Under the pieces are notes generated by a model. It was not told the DNA's origin. It did no database searches and saw nothing but the letters and a program-made list of their open reading frames with translations. Positions 12,401 through 22,239 of a stretch of DNA of 64,000 nucleotides are shown here, in pieces. The DNA is from a virus (Duplodnaviria; Heunggongvirae; Uroviricota; Caudoviricetes). Location: IMG/VR virus record IMGVR_UViG_3300021399_000097; one strand, given 5' to 3'. Within the stretch, counting starts at the first letter, position 1; each line of letters starts with the position of its first letter. The position numbers and the translations under genes were made by a program.

Positions 12401-15011
12401 TTCTCATGCAGAAGGTTATTCTACTACAGCGAGTGGATATGGTTCTCATGCTGAAGGTCGTAAAACCATTTCCGCAGCCACAGCTTCTCATGCTGAAGGA
12501 GTATAGACTTTTGTTAGTGGATATGGTGCACATGCAGCTGGATATAGTACAACAGCTTCTGGATATTACTCTTATGCCGGTGGATATCAGACAATTGCGG
12601 CAGCCACAGCATCTCATGCTGAAGGATACTTCACACAAGCTAATGGGATTAACTCTCATGCCGAAGGCAGTGGCACACGTGCAATTGGAGAAAATTCTCA
12701 TGCCGAAGGTAGTGGAACAAATGCTTCTGGAGGCTACTCTCATGCTGAGGGAGGTGGCACTAAAGCAATTGGAATTGGAGCTCATGCAGAAGGAGCTGGT
12801 ACTACTGCTTCTAAAAACAATTCCCATGCTGAGGGTGGTAGTACCACTGCTTCTGGAGACAATTCTCATGCTGAGGGTGGTAGCGTTACTGCTTCTGGAG
12901 TTTGCTCTCATGCTGAAGGCGGTAGTACTTAGGCAAGTGGTGACTTGGCTCATGCAGAAGGCGGTGGAACAAATGCCTCTGGCCCTTCGTCTCATGCAGA
13001 AGGTAGCGGTACTACTGCATCTGGAGCATATTCTCATGCAGAAGGTGGTGGTACCTAGGCAATTGGAATTGGAGCTCATGCAGAAGGAGCTGGTACCTAG
13101 GCAATTGGAACCGATTCCCATGCAGAGGGTGGTGCTACTATCGCTTCTGGGTTTTATGCTCATGCTGAAGGTGAAGGTGGCAATGTAACATTAAACTCAA
13201 GTACAACTTGGGTGGGTGCCTCAGCAGTTAGTGAGGCTGACCATGCAGAAGGTTATTAGACATTTGCCAATAGTAGTACAACCGCTACTCTTGCAACAAC
13301 TGGAGTATATGCTACTTTAGTTTCAGCAGGGGCCCATAGTGAAGGTTATTAGACTCGTAGTTTAAGTATTGGGTCTCATTCAGAGGGTATATTTACAATG
13401 GCTGCTGAGATTGGCGCTCATGCAGAAGGAACAGGTTCTGATGCAAGAGCTCCTGGTGCACATGCAGAAGGGGATGGCACTCATGCTTTTCATTCTAGTG
13501 CACACGCAGAAGGTTATAGAACTATATCTCATGGATTTGCTGCTCATACTGAAGGACTAGGATCACTTGAAGAAATAGAAGTATGGAGTACAACCTATAC
13601 ACCAGGGGCATATTTTGCTGCTGACCATGTTGAAGGATATCAAACTTATGCAAAAAGTAACGTATCATCTACTACTTATACTCATGCAGCACATGCTGAA
13701 GGATGGCGCACATATGCTAGTGCGCGTGCAGCTCATGCAGAAGGAGAACAAACTAGAGCAACTGCTATTGGTGCCCATGCTGAAGGTGGTAATGCTCAAG
13801 CCGTTAGTCAATATTCTCATGCAGAAGGACGTGCAACTATTGCTTAGAATACTGGAGCGCATGCTGAAGGTTATGGTAGTCGTGCCTCTGGTTCCTACTC
13901 GCATGCTGAAGGATATGGTGGTTCAACAATTTATGGCTATTATAATGGAGTAACAGCTAGTTTCGTATCAAGTGCTGTATCATAGGCCGACCATGTAGAA
14001 GGAATCCTTACCTATGCTAATAGTTCTAAATATTCTGCCACATATACTGGTGGCGCTCATGCTGAAGGCTTTAAAACTTTAGCTACTGCACAAGGAGCGC
14101 ATGCTGAAGGACTTTATACCTAGGCAGATAATTATGGTGCTCATGCTGAAGGACAATATACTAAAGCAACTGGAGCTTATGGGCATGGTGAAGGATATTA
14201 GACTGAAGCAATTGGAAATTATGCTCATGCAGAAGGCCGAAAAACAGACTCTAAAGGGATTGCCGCACATAGTGAAGGGACTTATACCTATGCTCTTGGG
14301 GAAGGTTCGCATGCAGAAGGTACTGGATATTCATTAACCACTGGGCCTATTTATAAATTAACTAGTGTTGAAAATGATGCATTTACTTATACTACAAGTA
14401 TGAAACATGATTTATCTGTAGGTAGTATTCTTGAATATAATGGGATTATTTCTCGTGTAACAGAGATTCTTTCTACAACAAGTATTAAATTAGGTACTAC
14501 TTTAGGTACTCTTTCTAATGCTTCAGTTCATTTTCTATATAGTGTAGCTTATGGTGCTGCTGCGCACTCTGAAGGCAATTAGACCATTGCTGGAGGAATT
14601 GGTTCTCATGCAGAAGGCAATAAGACTATTGCTGGTGGTGCATATTCACATACTGAAGGACATCAAACTGTAGCAAGTGGTTATGCTTCTCATGCTGATG
14701 GTTATGGTACTTTAGCTGCAGCTACCGCTTCATATGCTGGAGGATTAGGAACTGTTGCTGGAAGTCCAGGACAGCATGTTTTTGGTATTGCAAATGAAAT
14801 AGATAACGATGGAGAATACATTGAAATTGTTGGCGGTGGGTCTTATAGTCCAGGTGGGATTACCACTCGTCATAATATCAGAACTCTTAATGCCGCAGGG
14901 CATGAATGGTTATATGATGGTTTAACAATTGCTGAATCAGGTACTTTAACAATTGGAGAAACTACTATAGATGAAGAATAGTTACAACAATTATTAGCTT
15001 TAATAAGTTAA
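9441..15011 (+). CDS. Giant adhesin/tail fibre (about 1856 aa) with a polysaccharide deacetylase-like domain and YadA-head-like SHAEG repeats
   Basis: Single frame with many TAG; VTFVVDD, GGEILAH and WIRFMCH (NodB-like) motifs, then dozens of 14-aa SHAEGxxTxAxG repeats. Confidence 0.8.
11170..14760 (+). repeat. 42-nt/14-aa coding tandem repeat (CATGCWGAAGG core)
   Basis: Repeated (S/A)HAEG unit; produces spurious ORFs in other frames. Confidence 0.85.
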
Positions 15012-15020
15012 AGGAGATAA

Positions 15021-15470
15021 ATGATTATGGATTATATGGCTATGTTACAACAAATCTTTCAAGTATGTATAATTCCTCTTCTTGGAATATTAACTACTTA
15101 TTTAGTGATGTTTATTAAAAATAAAATATCACAATTAAAGAAAGAAACTGATAATGAAATATATAAAAAATATATGGATTTATTAGGCGATACAATTACA
15201 AAATGTGTAATTGCTACAAATCAAACTTATGTTGAAGCATTAAAGAATAAAAATGCTTTTGATACAGAAGCACAAAAAGTTGCATTTAATATGACTTATA
15301 CTGCAGTTATGAGCATTTTGAGCCAAGATGCTATTTCATTCTTAAACAATGCAGTTGGCGATTTAGATACTTACATTCGTAAGACTATTGAAGCACAAGT
15401 AAATGCAAATAAAAGTGTTGATAGGCCAAAAGTTGAAGCTGCTCCAGAATTACCTGCTGTAGATGAATAA
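15021..15470 (+). CDS. Putative holin (LL-H-like)
   Basis: Single N-terminal TM segment; ATNQTYVEALK...KTIEAQV pattern; last gene of the structural operon. Confidence 0.55.
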   Translation: MIMDYMAMLQQIFQVCIIPLLGILTTYLVMFIKNKISQLKKETDNEIYKKYMDLLGDTITKCVIATNQTYVEALKNKNAFDTEAQKVAFNMTYTAVMSILSQDAISFLNNAVGDLDTYIRKTIEAQVNANKSVDRPKVEAAPELPAVDE

Positions 15471-15475
15471 AAAAA

Positions 15476-15511
15476 TAAAGGGAACTGAGTTAATCAGTTC
15501 CCTTTATTTTT
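15476..15511. terminator. Bidirectional terminator
   Basis: ATAAAGGGAACTGA/TCAGTTCCCTTTAT stem. Confidence 0.75.
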
Positions 15512-16129
15512 ATATCTATCATAATAAATCATTGTATAGTAATAAGTGACATCGCCACTTTGTGTGCCTTCATAATAAGTAGTTAACCACCAATTTACTA
15601 AATATAAATCAGTAGCATCTTTAATCATCGCCCAAGTTTTCCAATGATTAATTTGTAAATCCCAAAACATAAAATCAATCTACTATTTAATATCGGCAAT
15701 AGTAGCAACTTCATGTTCGCGCATCCAATTATAATAATGCGCTAATGTTTTTGGCATACACCACTATACAAGTCCATACCCGCCATATACATATCGTGAG
15801 GTATGGATAAAATCTTCTAACGAAGAAGAATCCCGTAAGCCAGTATCAATTCTTTTTGTAAAGTTTCCACTTTCATCATAATAAAGATTTAAATACCAGC
15901 CTGCTACTGCATTAGAACGGAATTGGCTTTCTCGGTATATAATTCCCATAATAACCGCAGTAACACATTCATTAGGACTTTGCGCATTTATATAATCCCA
16001 AAACTCTTTTTCTATTGGTTCTGGATTATCAATGTCTAAAGTGCGTTCAGTGTAGAGAGGTAATTCAGCAAAGCAAAAGGTTGATGGCAATAACAGAATA
16101 ACTAATAAAAAACTTATTATTTTTTTCAT
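15494..16129 (-). CDS. Secreted phage-tail-lysozyme-like cell wall hydrolase
   Basis: Signal peptide; IMGIIYRES and GYGLV(TAG=Q)W motifs. Confidence 0.65.
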
Positions 16130-16312
16130 ATTATTCCTCCTTTATAATATATATAAAGGTTGTTATCAACGATTTACTCAAAAAATACCAAACGGATTTT
16201 TTATTTTGGGTTTTCGGTTCAGATGAGCGTGGCCGGCCGGAGGAGATATAGCGGTCGCGCAACTTTCAACAAAAAATCTCGCCTTATATGTAAAGGCGAG
16301 ATTTTAAGTGTT

Positions 16313-17842
16313 TTATTTAATGCAAGCGTAACGCTCACTATTAAGTTTATCCATAACCAGGTCAAGGGCAGTAACGCCTTTCATAATCTGTTCATAGATT
16401 GAAGGACTCATGCCAGACACATAAGACACTCCATTTTTTACTGTCATTGGGATGTTATCATGCCGAGCATCTACATTCCAATAGACAAGGTTAGGCATCT
16501 TATAACCAGCCCTGTTCCATTTCATCTCAATGTTTTCCATGAGAGTGTTGGTAGCCATTCCATAATAGCCACGCTGCATGTCAAACTCCATATCGGAAAT
16601 GACAATGAGATTTTCAGGCATTGCACTCTGAGGGACATGGTTCTTAATTGCAGTATTAAGAACAAGGTCAAATGTGGCTTCAATGTTTGTGTTCTCACAC
16701 AGGTTTGTAGAATAGATGCGCTGCACTTTATCTACAAAGTCAATGCCACTAGTCTCAATCAGCTGTGGGCGAGAGCTGAAGGAAATATAATGCCCATGGA
16801 AAGGACCCTGTGCTTTCTCTGCACAGTACAGTGCAAGGGAAATAGCGACGTTAATAGGCGCGCTTGCCTCGGTGCCCCACATACTACCAGAAGTATCGCA
16901 AACGCACAAGCCATTGAAAGAGTAACCTTTCAAAACATCTTCAAGGTTGTCCCAATACTTATTGATTGCAAGACGTTCTGTGTCATCCCAGTCTACACCA
17001 GAGTTCCTGTAAGACTGCCACCAATTATATCTCTGATGACAATAATTGTAGGCTTTAGAAACTACTTCATAAGGATAAAGGGCTTTTGCATTAACTTTAG
17101 TAGTTTCGTCTTTAATAAAATCCTCATAAGTGCGGACCTGCTTTTCAGACTTCATGCGCTCAATATCATGCCGAGCAAAAGCATTACGATACTGGATACC
17201 TGCTTTTGAAGGGATTTTATCAAATTCAATTTCATCCCATTTGCCGGCACTCATAAGACGCTCAAGCACATTGATGCGTTCACGCAAGACCGAAAGAATC
17301 TTACGATACTGCTTATGGTTCATGCCAAAAGCAATACGAGTTTTATTGGCAAGTGCACGAGAGGTAGAGCTTGAAGTATTTTCACTCTTCAGCCACTTGG
17401 CAAGAAGAGAAGGAGTTTTGCACTCTACATCAAGCATAAGCTGTTTCTTCATAAGATTGAAGGCATCCTGCTCCAACTTAGTGCCAACAAACACATAAAG
17501 GTCATCCCAACGGCCAAACTCAGGAATATACTGAAGGTTGCGGCGCATGGCTTCTGTTTCTTTAGCCGCAAGGTATTTCGTTACTACGCGGAAGAAACGT
17601 CTTTCTCCCTGTCCACCACGAGCATCGCGCAGATAAAAGAGGCACTTAAGCGCATATACAGGGTCTTCCTCATATGCTTTTACAAAAAGGTAAATGCAAT
17701 CTTCATCTGTACGATTGCGGTATGCGGCACCAAGACCAAAAAGGTCAAGCAACCCAGACATTGTAGTCTTATGGGTGAGTGCACCATTTTCAGTGCGAGT
17801 ATAATTGGTATCAGATTTAAGTCCAGTAAGCAAAGTATTCAT
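16313..17842 (-). CDS. DUF2828 / TROVE-like plus vWA domain protein (Ro60-like architecture)
   Basis: TENGA, RDARGGQGER, GRWDDL, LAKWLKS; vWA MIDAS VCDTSGSM and ISDMEFD. Confidence 0.85.
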   Translation of the reverse strand: MNTLLTGLKSDTNYTRTENGALTHKTTMSGLLDLFGLGAAYRNRTDEDCIYLFVKAYEEDPVYALKCLFYLRDARGGQGERRFFRVVTKYLAAKETEAMRRNLQYIPEFGRWDDLYVFVGTKLEQDAFNLMKKQLMLDVECKTPSLLAKWLKSENTSSSTSRALANKTRIAFGMNHKQYRKILSVLRERINVLERLMSAGKWDEIEFDKIPSKAGIQYRNAFARHDIERMKSEKQVRTYEDFIKDETTKVNAKALYPYEVVSKAYNYCHQRYNWWQSYRNSGVDWDDTERLAINKYWDNLEDVLKGYSFNGLCVCDTSGSMWGTEASAPINVAISLALYCAEKAQGPFHGHYISFSSRPQLIETSGIDFVDKVQRIYSTNLCENTNIEATFDLVLNTAIKNHVPQSAMPENLIVISDMEFDMQRGYYGMATNTLMENIEMKWNRAGYKMPNLVYWNVDARHDNIPMTVKNGVSYVSGMSPSIYEQIMKGVTALDLVMDKLNSERYACIK

Positions 17843-17890
17843 ATTTTATTTTTCTCCTTTTTCTCATTGAATCCTCTTGGACAAGAGGAA

Positions 17891-18922
17891 TTATTTCTAT
17901 TTTGCATTTTCAATTGCTTTAACAATAATTGAAGTTCTTAAATTACAAGCATTATTAGTTGATAAAAAAGCTTGATCAGACCAATTTATTTGTTTTATAA
18001 TATCTTTAATGTTCTCGTCTTCAACAATAATTCCATATCCTCTTCGTTGAGGCAAATCTTCAAAACTATTATAAAGATAAACTTTATCTTTTCCAAAAAC
18101 AGTAGATGGTAAATAAAAATCACAAGTATATAATTTATCTTTATTTCGTGTAGACGATGGAGTTCCTCCATCAGATAAAGAATAAACTTTATATCCAATA
18201 GGATTAATAGTTTCATTTAAATCTATTCCTAAATCAATGCTACTCCAAATTTGAAAAATAGTATTAATAGAAATAGGAGTATTGTCGGGATATAGATAAT
18301 TATTTGTGGTAATATCTTCTGAAAAAATTAATTTTTGATTAATTCTTTTTTTAGGGCTACCTTTTCCATCACTATTAAATAATGGAGGTAAAATAAAACA
18401 AACAAAATCTGCAAATTCAAAAGATTTATTGATAAACTGTAAAGCTTTTTGACCTCTTAAACCAAAAGGAGGATTACCAATTACAATATATTTTTTATCT
18501 TTATCAGGGGTCCAATCTAAAAAATCTTGTTTAATAACACGGCTATCTGTTGGTTCAATATCAAAAGCTAATGTATTATCTGGTAAAAAATCTAAAAATA
18601 CACCATTACCTGCAGAGGGTTCAATAAAAACATAATCATTAATATTTATATTAAAACTATCAAAAAAATCATAACAAATATTAACATAATGTTCAGCTAA
18701 TTTTTTATTTGTATAAAACTAATCTTTATCTTTATAAGAAAATTCAGAATAGTCAATAGGTAGTCCAACAATTTTCATAAGATCAAAACGATATGATTCG
18801 GGAATATTTTGGGTAGTATTCCAACGAGAGACTGTCCCAGCTACAACATTTATTTTTTGAGCTATCTATGCAATAGAATATTTTTCTTTTGCAAGATTAA
18901 AAAGTTCAATCATTGATAACAT
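17891..18922 (-). CDS. N6-adenine DNA methyltransferase with an N-terminal HTH
   Basis: D(TAG=Q)FYT, FIEPSAGNG (motif I), IGNPPFG (motif IV); not called in the ORF track because of TAGs. Confidence 0.8.
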
Positions 18923-19505
18923 AAGTAAAAAGCTCCTTTGCAATAAAATTTCCAATATTATTTAAAGAAACTTCATCTTGTGAAAAATAACAATAATGAT
19001 TATTATTAAAATTTATCATTGTTCGTCTAGAAAAATCAAGTTTATAACCATCATCATGGTTTTTTCTTAAAGTAGCATGTTTATTAGGGAAAAACATAGA
19101 ATCAACACCAAGAGGAAGATCTTTCGTTTTAAAAATAGAAAAATGGATACCATTATAATCAAAATCAATAAATAATACAGCATCACAATTTTCAGAATTT
19201 TTATAAATTGTTTCATGCTGCCAAGTGTTATTCTTATCTCGATAAGAAGTTTTTATTTCAAGATAAACTCCATTAATTTTAATATCATAATGAATATTAT
19301 TTCCTTTAGCATTTACATCAGAAATATCTTCTTCAATAATAATGTTAGGTTGAGTTTTACAACTTTCAGAACAAATTCTTTCTCCAACCTTACCTCTACT
19401 ATCTACAGTTAAAGATAATAGTTCTTTATAAGGACTATTATTCCAAGGTGTATTTCCAATATCTTGTTTTATTAATTGATCATGAATAATAGTTTCAATA
19501 GTCAT
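18906..19505 (-). CDS. Putative PD-(D/E)XK restriction endonuclease
   Basis: GKVGE...YDIKINGVYLEIKTS; overlaps the start of the MTase. Confidence 0.55.
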   Translation of the reverse strand: MTIETIIHDQLIKQDIGNTPWNNSPYKELLSLTVDSRGKVGERICSESCKTQPNIIIEEDISDVNAKGNNIHYDIKINGVYLEIKTSYRDKNNTWQHETIYKNSENCDAVLFIDFDYNGIHFSIFKTKDLPLGVDSMFFPNKHATLRKNHDDGYKLDFSRRTMINFNNNHYCYFSQDEVSLNNIGNFIAKELFTYVIND

Positions 19506-19530
19506 AATATTATTTTCCTTTTTTAAAAAT

Positions 19531-19617
19531 TGGTGCGCGAGGCGGGACTCGAACCCGCATGGTATCACTACCGAGGGATTTTAAGTCCCTTGTGTCTACC
19601 GATTTCACCACTCGCGC
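19531..19617 (-). tRNA. tRNA-Leu(TAA)
   Basis: Cloverleaf, AGGGA-CTTAAAA-TCCCT, long variable arm, CCA. Confidence 0.95.
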
Positions 19618-19628
19618 ATTTCTTTTAT

Positions 19629-19898
19629 TTAATATGATTCTTCATACTCTTCTTTTGAGATATAATTCCATCCACAATAACTTAATGCTGTATCATAATA
19701 CTCTTCTTTTTCTTCTTCTGAATCCCATTCTTCTGCCCAACCTCTAGCCACATATTCAAAGGTTTCGGCATTATCATAGGCTATTTCATCAGATGTTGCA
19801 TTAATTTCTGCTTCTGTAGTATCATCTTCAAAAGTCATATATTCTTCATAATCAGTCCCTGCATAACCAGCATTACCTGTAAATTCAACATATATCAT
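19629..19898 (-). CDS. Acidic hypothetical protein
   Basis: RBS AAAGGAG downstream of a promoter. Confidence 0.65.
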   Translation of the reverse strand: MIYVEFTGNAGYAGTDYEEYMTFEDDTTEAEINATSDEIAYDNAETFEYVARGWAEEWDSEEEKEEYYDTALSYCGWNYISKEEYEESY

Positions 19899-19930
19899 TT
19901 GAAGAACTCCTTTACTCATTTTGTATATAT

Positions 19931-19959
19931 ATTATATCATATTTTTTTTAAAAAATCAA
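19931..19959 (-). promoter_or_regulatory. sigma70/sigmaA-type promoter (member of a repeated family)
   Basis: TTGATT-17-TATAAT with TG extended -10. Confidence 0.75.
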
Positions 19960-19961
19960 CA

Positions 19962-20114
19962 TGGCGGAGGGTGTGGGATTTGAACCCACTCACAACGGTT
20001 TTTGGTGGAGCGCTTCAGTACCGCCCTGATATCTGCAATACTAGCTTCTTCCTTGCTATGTTCTTTACACCATCGCCCCAGAGACCGCCGCGCTACCGAT
20101 TACGCTAACCCTCA
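19962..20114 (-). tRNA. Interrupted tRNA, reconstituting anticodon CTA (amber suppressor) after removal of the 77-nt insert 20003-20079
   Basis: D arm, GCGGT/ACCGT anticodon stem, T arm GTGGG-TTCAAAT-CCCAC, GCCA end; loop CTCT|insert|AAA. Confidence 0.7.
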
Positions 20115-20190
20115 TGGCACCCCCACTTCGGAGTTGAACCAAGACCTGGAGGGTTAGAGCCTCCCGTGCTAACCGTTACACCATAGGGGA
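20115..20190 (-). tRNA. Amber suppressor tRNA (anticodon CTA)
   Basis: GGAGG-CTCTAAC-CCTCC, G73, CCA; consistent with TAG recoding. Confidence 0.9.
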
Positions 20191-20252
20191 ATATAAATGG
20201 CCTTCAGGTCGGCCAACCGCACATCTTCACATTTGCTCTTTTTATATATTAG

Positions 20253-20600
20253 TTATGACATCTTTGCTAGATTTTTAATAAGCATATCGTGAGATACCGA
20301 TGCTTCATTCTTAGCAATAAAGGCATCATTCAAATATCGTCTCATATTATCTACATGAGCTTCAGCAGTATGGAGCGTTTTCAACGCTTCCTCATACTTC
20401 TGAGATGCGCGATTATAACGCTTAATTGCTACTTTCTCATTACATCTGGCAGCTGCAATCTGTTTACCAATTTCCATATTGAAATTGTCACTAGGCGCGC
20501 ACTTAGCTACTCCTCGCACAGTCTTACCACCATAGGTGGAAACAGCGATAACCTGCTTACCATCAGTATAATAACGATACTTATTTAGCGGATAATTCAT
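20253..20600 (-). CDS. Conserved phage hypothetical protein
   Basis: GVAKCAPSDNFNMEIGKQIAAAR motif; promoter upstream. Confidence 0.7.
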   Translation of the reverse strand: MNYPLNKYRYYTDGKQVIAVSTYGGKTVRGVAKCAPSDNFNMEIGKQIAAARCNEKVAIKRYNRASQKYEEALKTLHTAEAHVDNMRRYLNDAFIAKNEASVSHDMLIKNLAKMS

Positions 20601-21082
20601 TGAAATATATAACCTTTCTCTTTATTTTCTATATATATTATATCAAATTTTTTATTAAAAATCAATAAAAAAATCTCATAATCTTCATAAAAAAATCATA
20701 CTTACTTATTAAGCTCCGGTTGCCCTACTTAATCCTAACCCACTTTTATAACCAACCCTGGGTATTTTTTCTTTATTCTAATTATGAGATTTTCGTTTCT
20801 ATAATAAAATACTTACTCTTATCAGCATCTGTTGGAGTCGCTGTTGCTCATTATAGAAACTCAAAGTAATTATTAAACGGAGTAAGAGGCTCCCAATATT
20901 ATTTCTATCCAACATTACTCTTCCGTTTCGTTTTGTGAGAGATGATACGCTCCTACTTACTTTATCATAGGAGAACAGCCAGTTTTAATGGCGCCCTGGC
21001 TACCCGAGTTTTTTGTTAAAATAAACGCTTCGCTTCAAAACCCCTGGCTGAAAACACAGCATATGTTGAGATATTACTCAAC

Positions 21083-21204
21083 TGCACGGGAATGTAGGAT
21101 TTGCACCTACTCTACCGGCTCCATAAGCATTTTATAATTGCTGCTACCGATTTATATTCAAGACGGGTTAAATACAGCGTGCTACTTTTTACACTAATTC
21201 CCGC
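21083..21204 (-). ncRNA. tRNA-like RNA whose anticodon arm is replaced by the CAGCAA-family motif
   Basis: GCGGGAA/TTCCCGT acceptor, D and T arms; central CCGTCTTG..GCAGCAATT. Confidence 0.6.
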
Positions 21205-21215
21205 ATATTTATCCA

Positions 21216-21491
21216 TTATACATGGATATAATTTCCATCATTGTCACTAAGAGGAAGGAATTCATAAATAAAACTTGGGAACTTACCATCTTCAGTTTCA
21301 TTTACAAGATAAGTCTGTCCCGCAAACTCAGCAGAAGCATATACCATACCAAGATATGACCGCGCATTTACACGGTGCTTGCCACTTTCATCTTCAACAA
21401 TATATCTATCAACACTGCCGTCGCTATTTAGTTTACTTACAAAATTAACTACATCACTATTAGTTTCAATTCTAATTTTGGTTCTTGTCAT
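21216..21491 (-). CDS. HPr-fold-like protein
   Basis: VNFVSK...RVNARSYLGMVYA resembles the HPr Ser46 region. Confidence 0.5.
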   Translation of the reverse strand: MTRTKIRIETNSDVVNFVSKLNSDGSVDRYIVEDESGKHRVNARSYLGMVYASAEFAGQTYLVNETEDGKFPSFIYEFLPLSDNDGNYIHV

Positions 21492-21521
21492 TTCTTTTTC
21501 TCTCTTTCTTAATTTTTTGAA

Positions 21522-21596
21522 TGGCAGTCCCGGCAGGATTTGAACCTACGACAACAGAGTCAAAGTCTGTTGTGTTACCTATTACACTACGGGACT
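21522..21596 (-). tRNA. tRNA-Gln(TTG)
   Basis: ACAGA-CTTTGAC-TCTGT, CCA. Confidence 0.92.
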
Positions 21597-21602
21597 ATAT
21601 TT

Positions 21603-21785
21603 TTATTTTATAATAAACTGAATAAAAACTCCAACCCCAAGTGTTGCAAAGGCAATTAACGCACCCATAATAATACTTGTGAGAACTGGGGCAGCATGCA
21701 CATTATAACGAACTTCACAGTCTTCATAATGATTACACTTATAACATTTTTTCAAATCACAATCTTTACTGTAATAGGAACTCAT
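21603..21785 (-). CDS. Small Cys-rich membrane protein
   Basis: 60 aa with a C-terminal TM segment. Confidence 0.5.
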   Translation of the reverse strand: MSSYYSKDCDLKKCYKCNHYEDCEVRYNVHAAPVLTSIIMGALIAFATLGVGVFIQFIIK

Positions 21786-21812
21786 TTTCTATTACCTTTC
21801 ATTTTTTATTTA

Positions 21813-21923
21813 CAAGACACTTTCTACTTATACTCTACCTATTGAGCTACTTACGCCAAGCGCGTGAGACAGGACTTGAACCTGCGACATTAAGTTTCCT
21901 TAATAATTGCTGTCTGTGTCTTT
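21813..21923 (-). ncRNA. ACAGCAA-stem RNA with a circularly permuted tRNA (YrlA-like topology)
   Basis: AAGACAC/GTGTCTT stem; T arm, closed acceptor stem, D arm in that order. Confidence 0.8.
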
Positions 21924-21924
21924 A

Positions 21925-22000
21925 TGGTCGGAGAGGCGAGACTTGAACTCACGGCATCTTGATCCCAAATCAAGCATTCTACCAACTGAATTACTCCCCG
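21925..22000 (-). tRNA. tRNA-Pro(TGG)
   Basis: CTTGA-TTTGGGA-TCAAG, CCA. Confidence 0.93.
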
Positions 22001-22006
22001 TTATTT

Positions 22007-22075
22007 CAAGGCTCGTTGTTACTCTATTCCAGAATTTGCAGTTCTGATAACAATTGATTTGCTGTTTGAGCCTTT
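22007..22075 (-). ncRNA. ACAGCAA-stem RNA with a Cys(GCA) anticodon stem-loop
   Basis: AAGGCTC/GAGCCTT stem; CAGAA-CTGCAAA-TTCTG; begins just after a promoter. Confidence 0.75.
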
Positions 22076-22084
22076 TGTATATAT

Positions 22085-22113
22085 ATTATATCATATTTTT
22101 TTTAAAAAATCAA
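22085..22113 (-). promoter_or_regulatory. sigmaA-type promoter driving an ncRNA/tRNA unit
   Basis: TTGATT-17-TATAAT. Confidence 0.75.
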
Positions 22114-22194
22114 GGCACCGTTTTTTTCATATCTTCTAGAAGTCAAATATCCAGACCTTATTAAAATTATAAATAAATTGCTGTATGTGCCTTT
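22111..22194 (-). ncRNA. ACAGCAA-stem RNA with a hairpin (TTG-like loop)
   Basis: AAGGCAC/GTGCCTT stem; own promoter at 22211-22239. Confidence 0.7.
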
Positions 22195-22239
22195 CTCATT
22201 TTCTATATATATTATATCATATTTTTTTTAATTTTTCAA

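Noticed and set aside
11230..14337. Long alternative-frame ORFs (e.g. 11911-13188 +, 12240-13163 -)
   Set aside because: Shadows of the 42-nt SHAEG repeat; the real frame is the TAG-containing one.
460..15011. Pseudogenes or frameshifted genes
   Set aside because: Fragments are in frame and separated only by TAG, which is explained by recoding.
3097..15011. Diversity-generating retroelement acting on the fibre genes
   Set aside because: No reverse transcriptase or TR/VR pair with adenine-specific mismatches was seen in this window.
19506..19568. N-terminal extension of the nuclease ORF, and ORFs 35440-35631 and 35640-35867
   Set aside because: They overlap tRNA/ncRNA genes; the true nuclease start is at 19505 with an RBS.
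20003..20079. Group I intron or HDV/twister ribozyme as the tRNA insert
   Set aside because: Only 77 nt; the order of helices and the conserved nucleotides do not fit these classes by eye.
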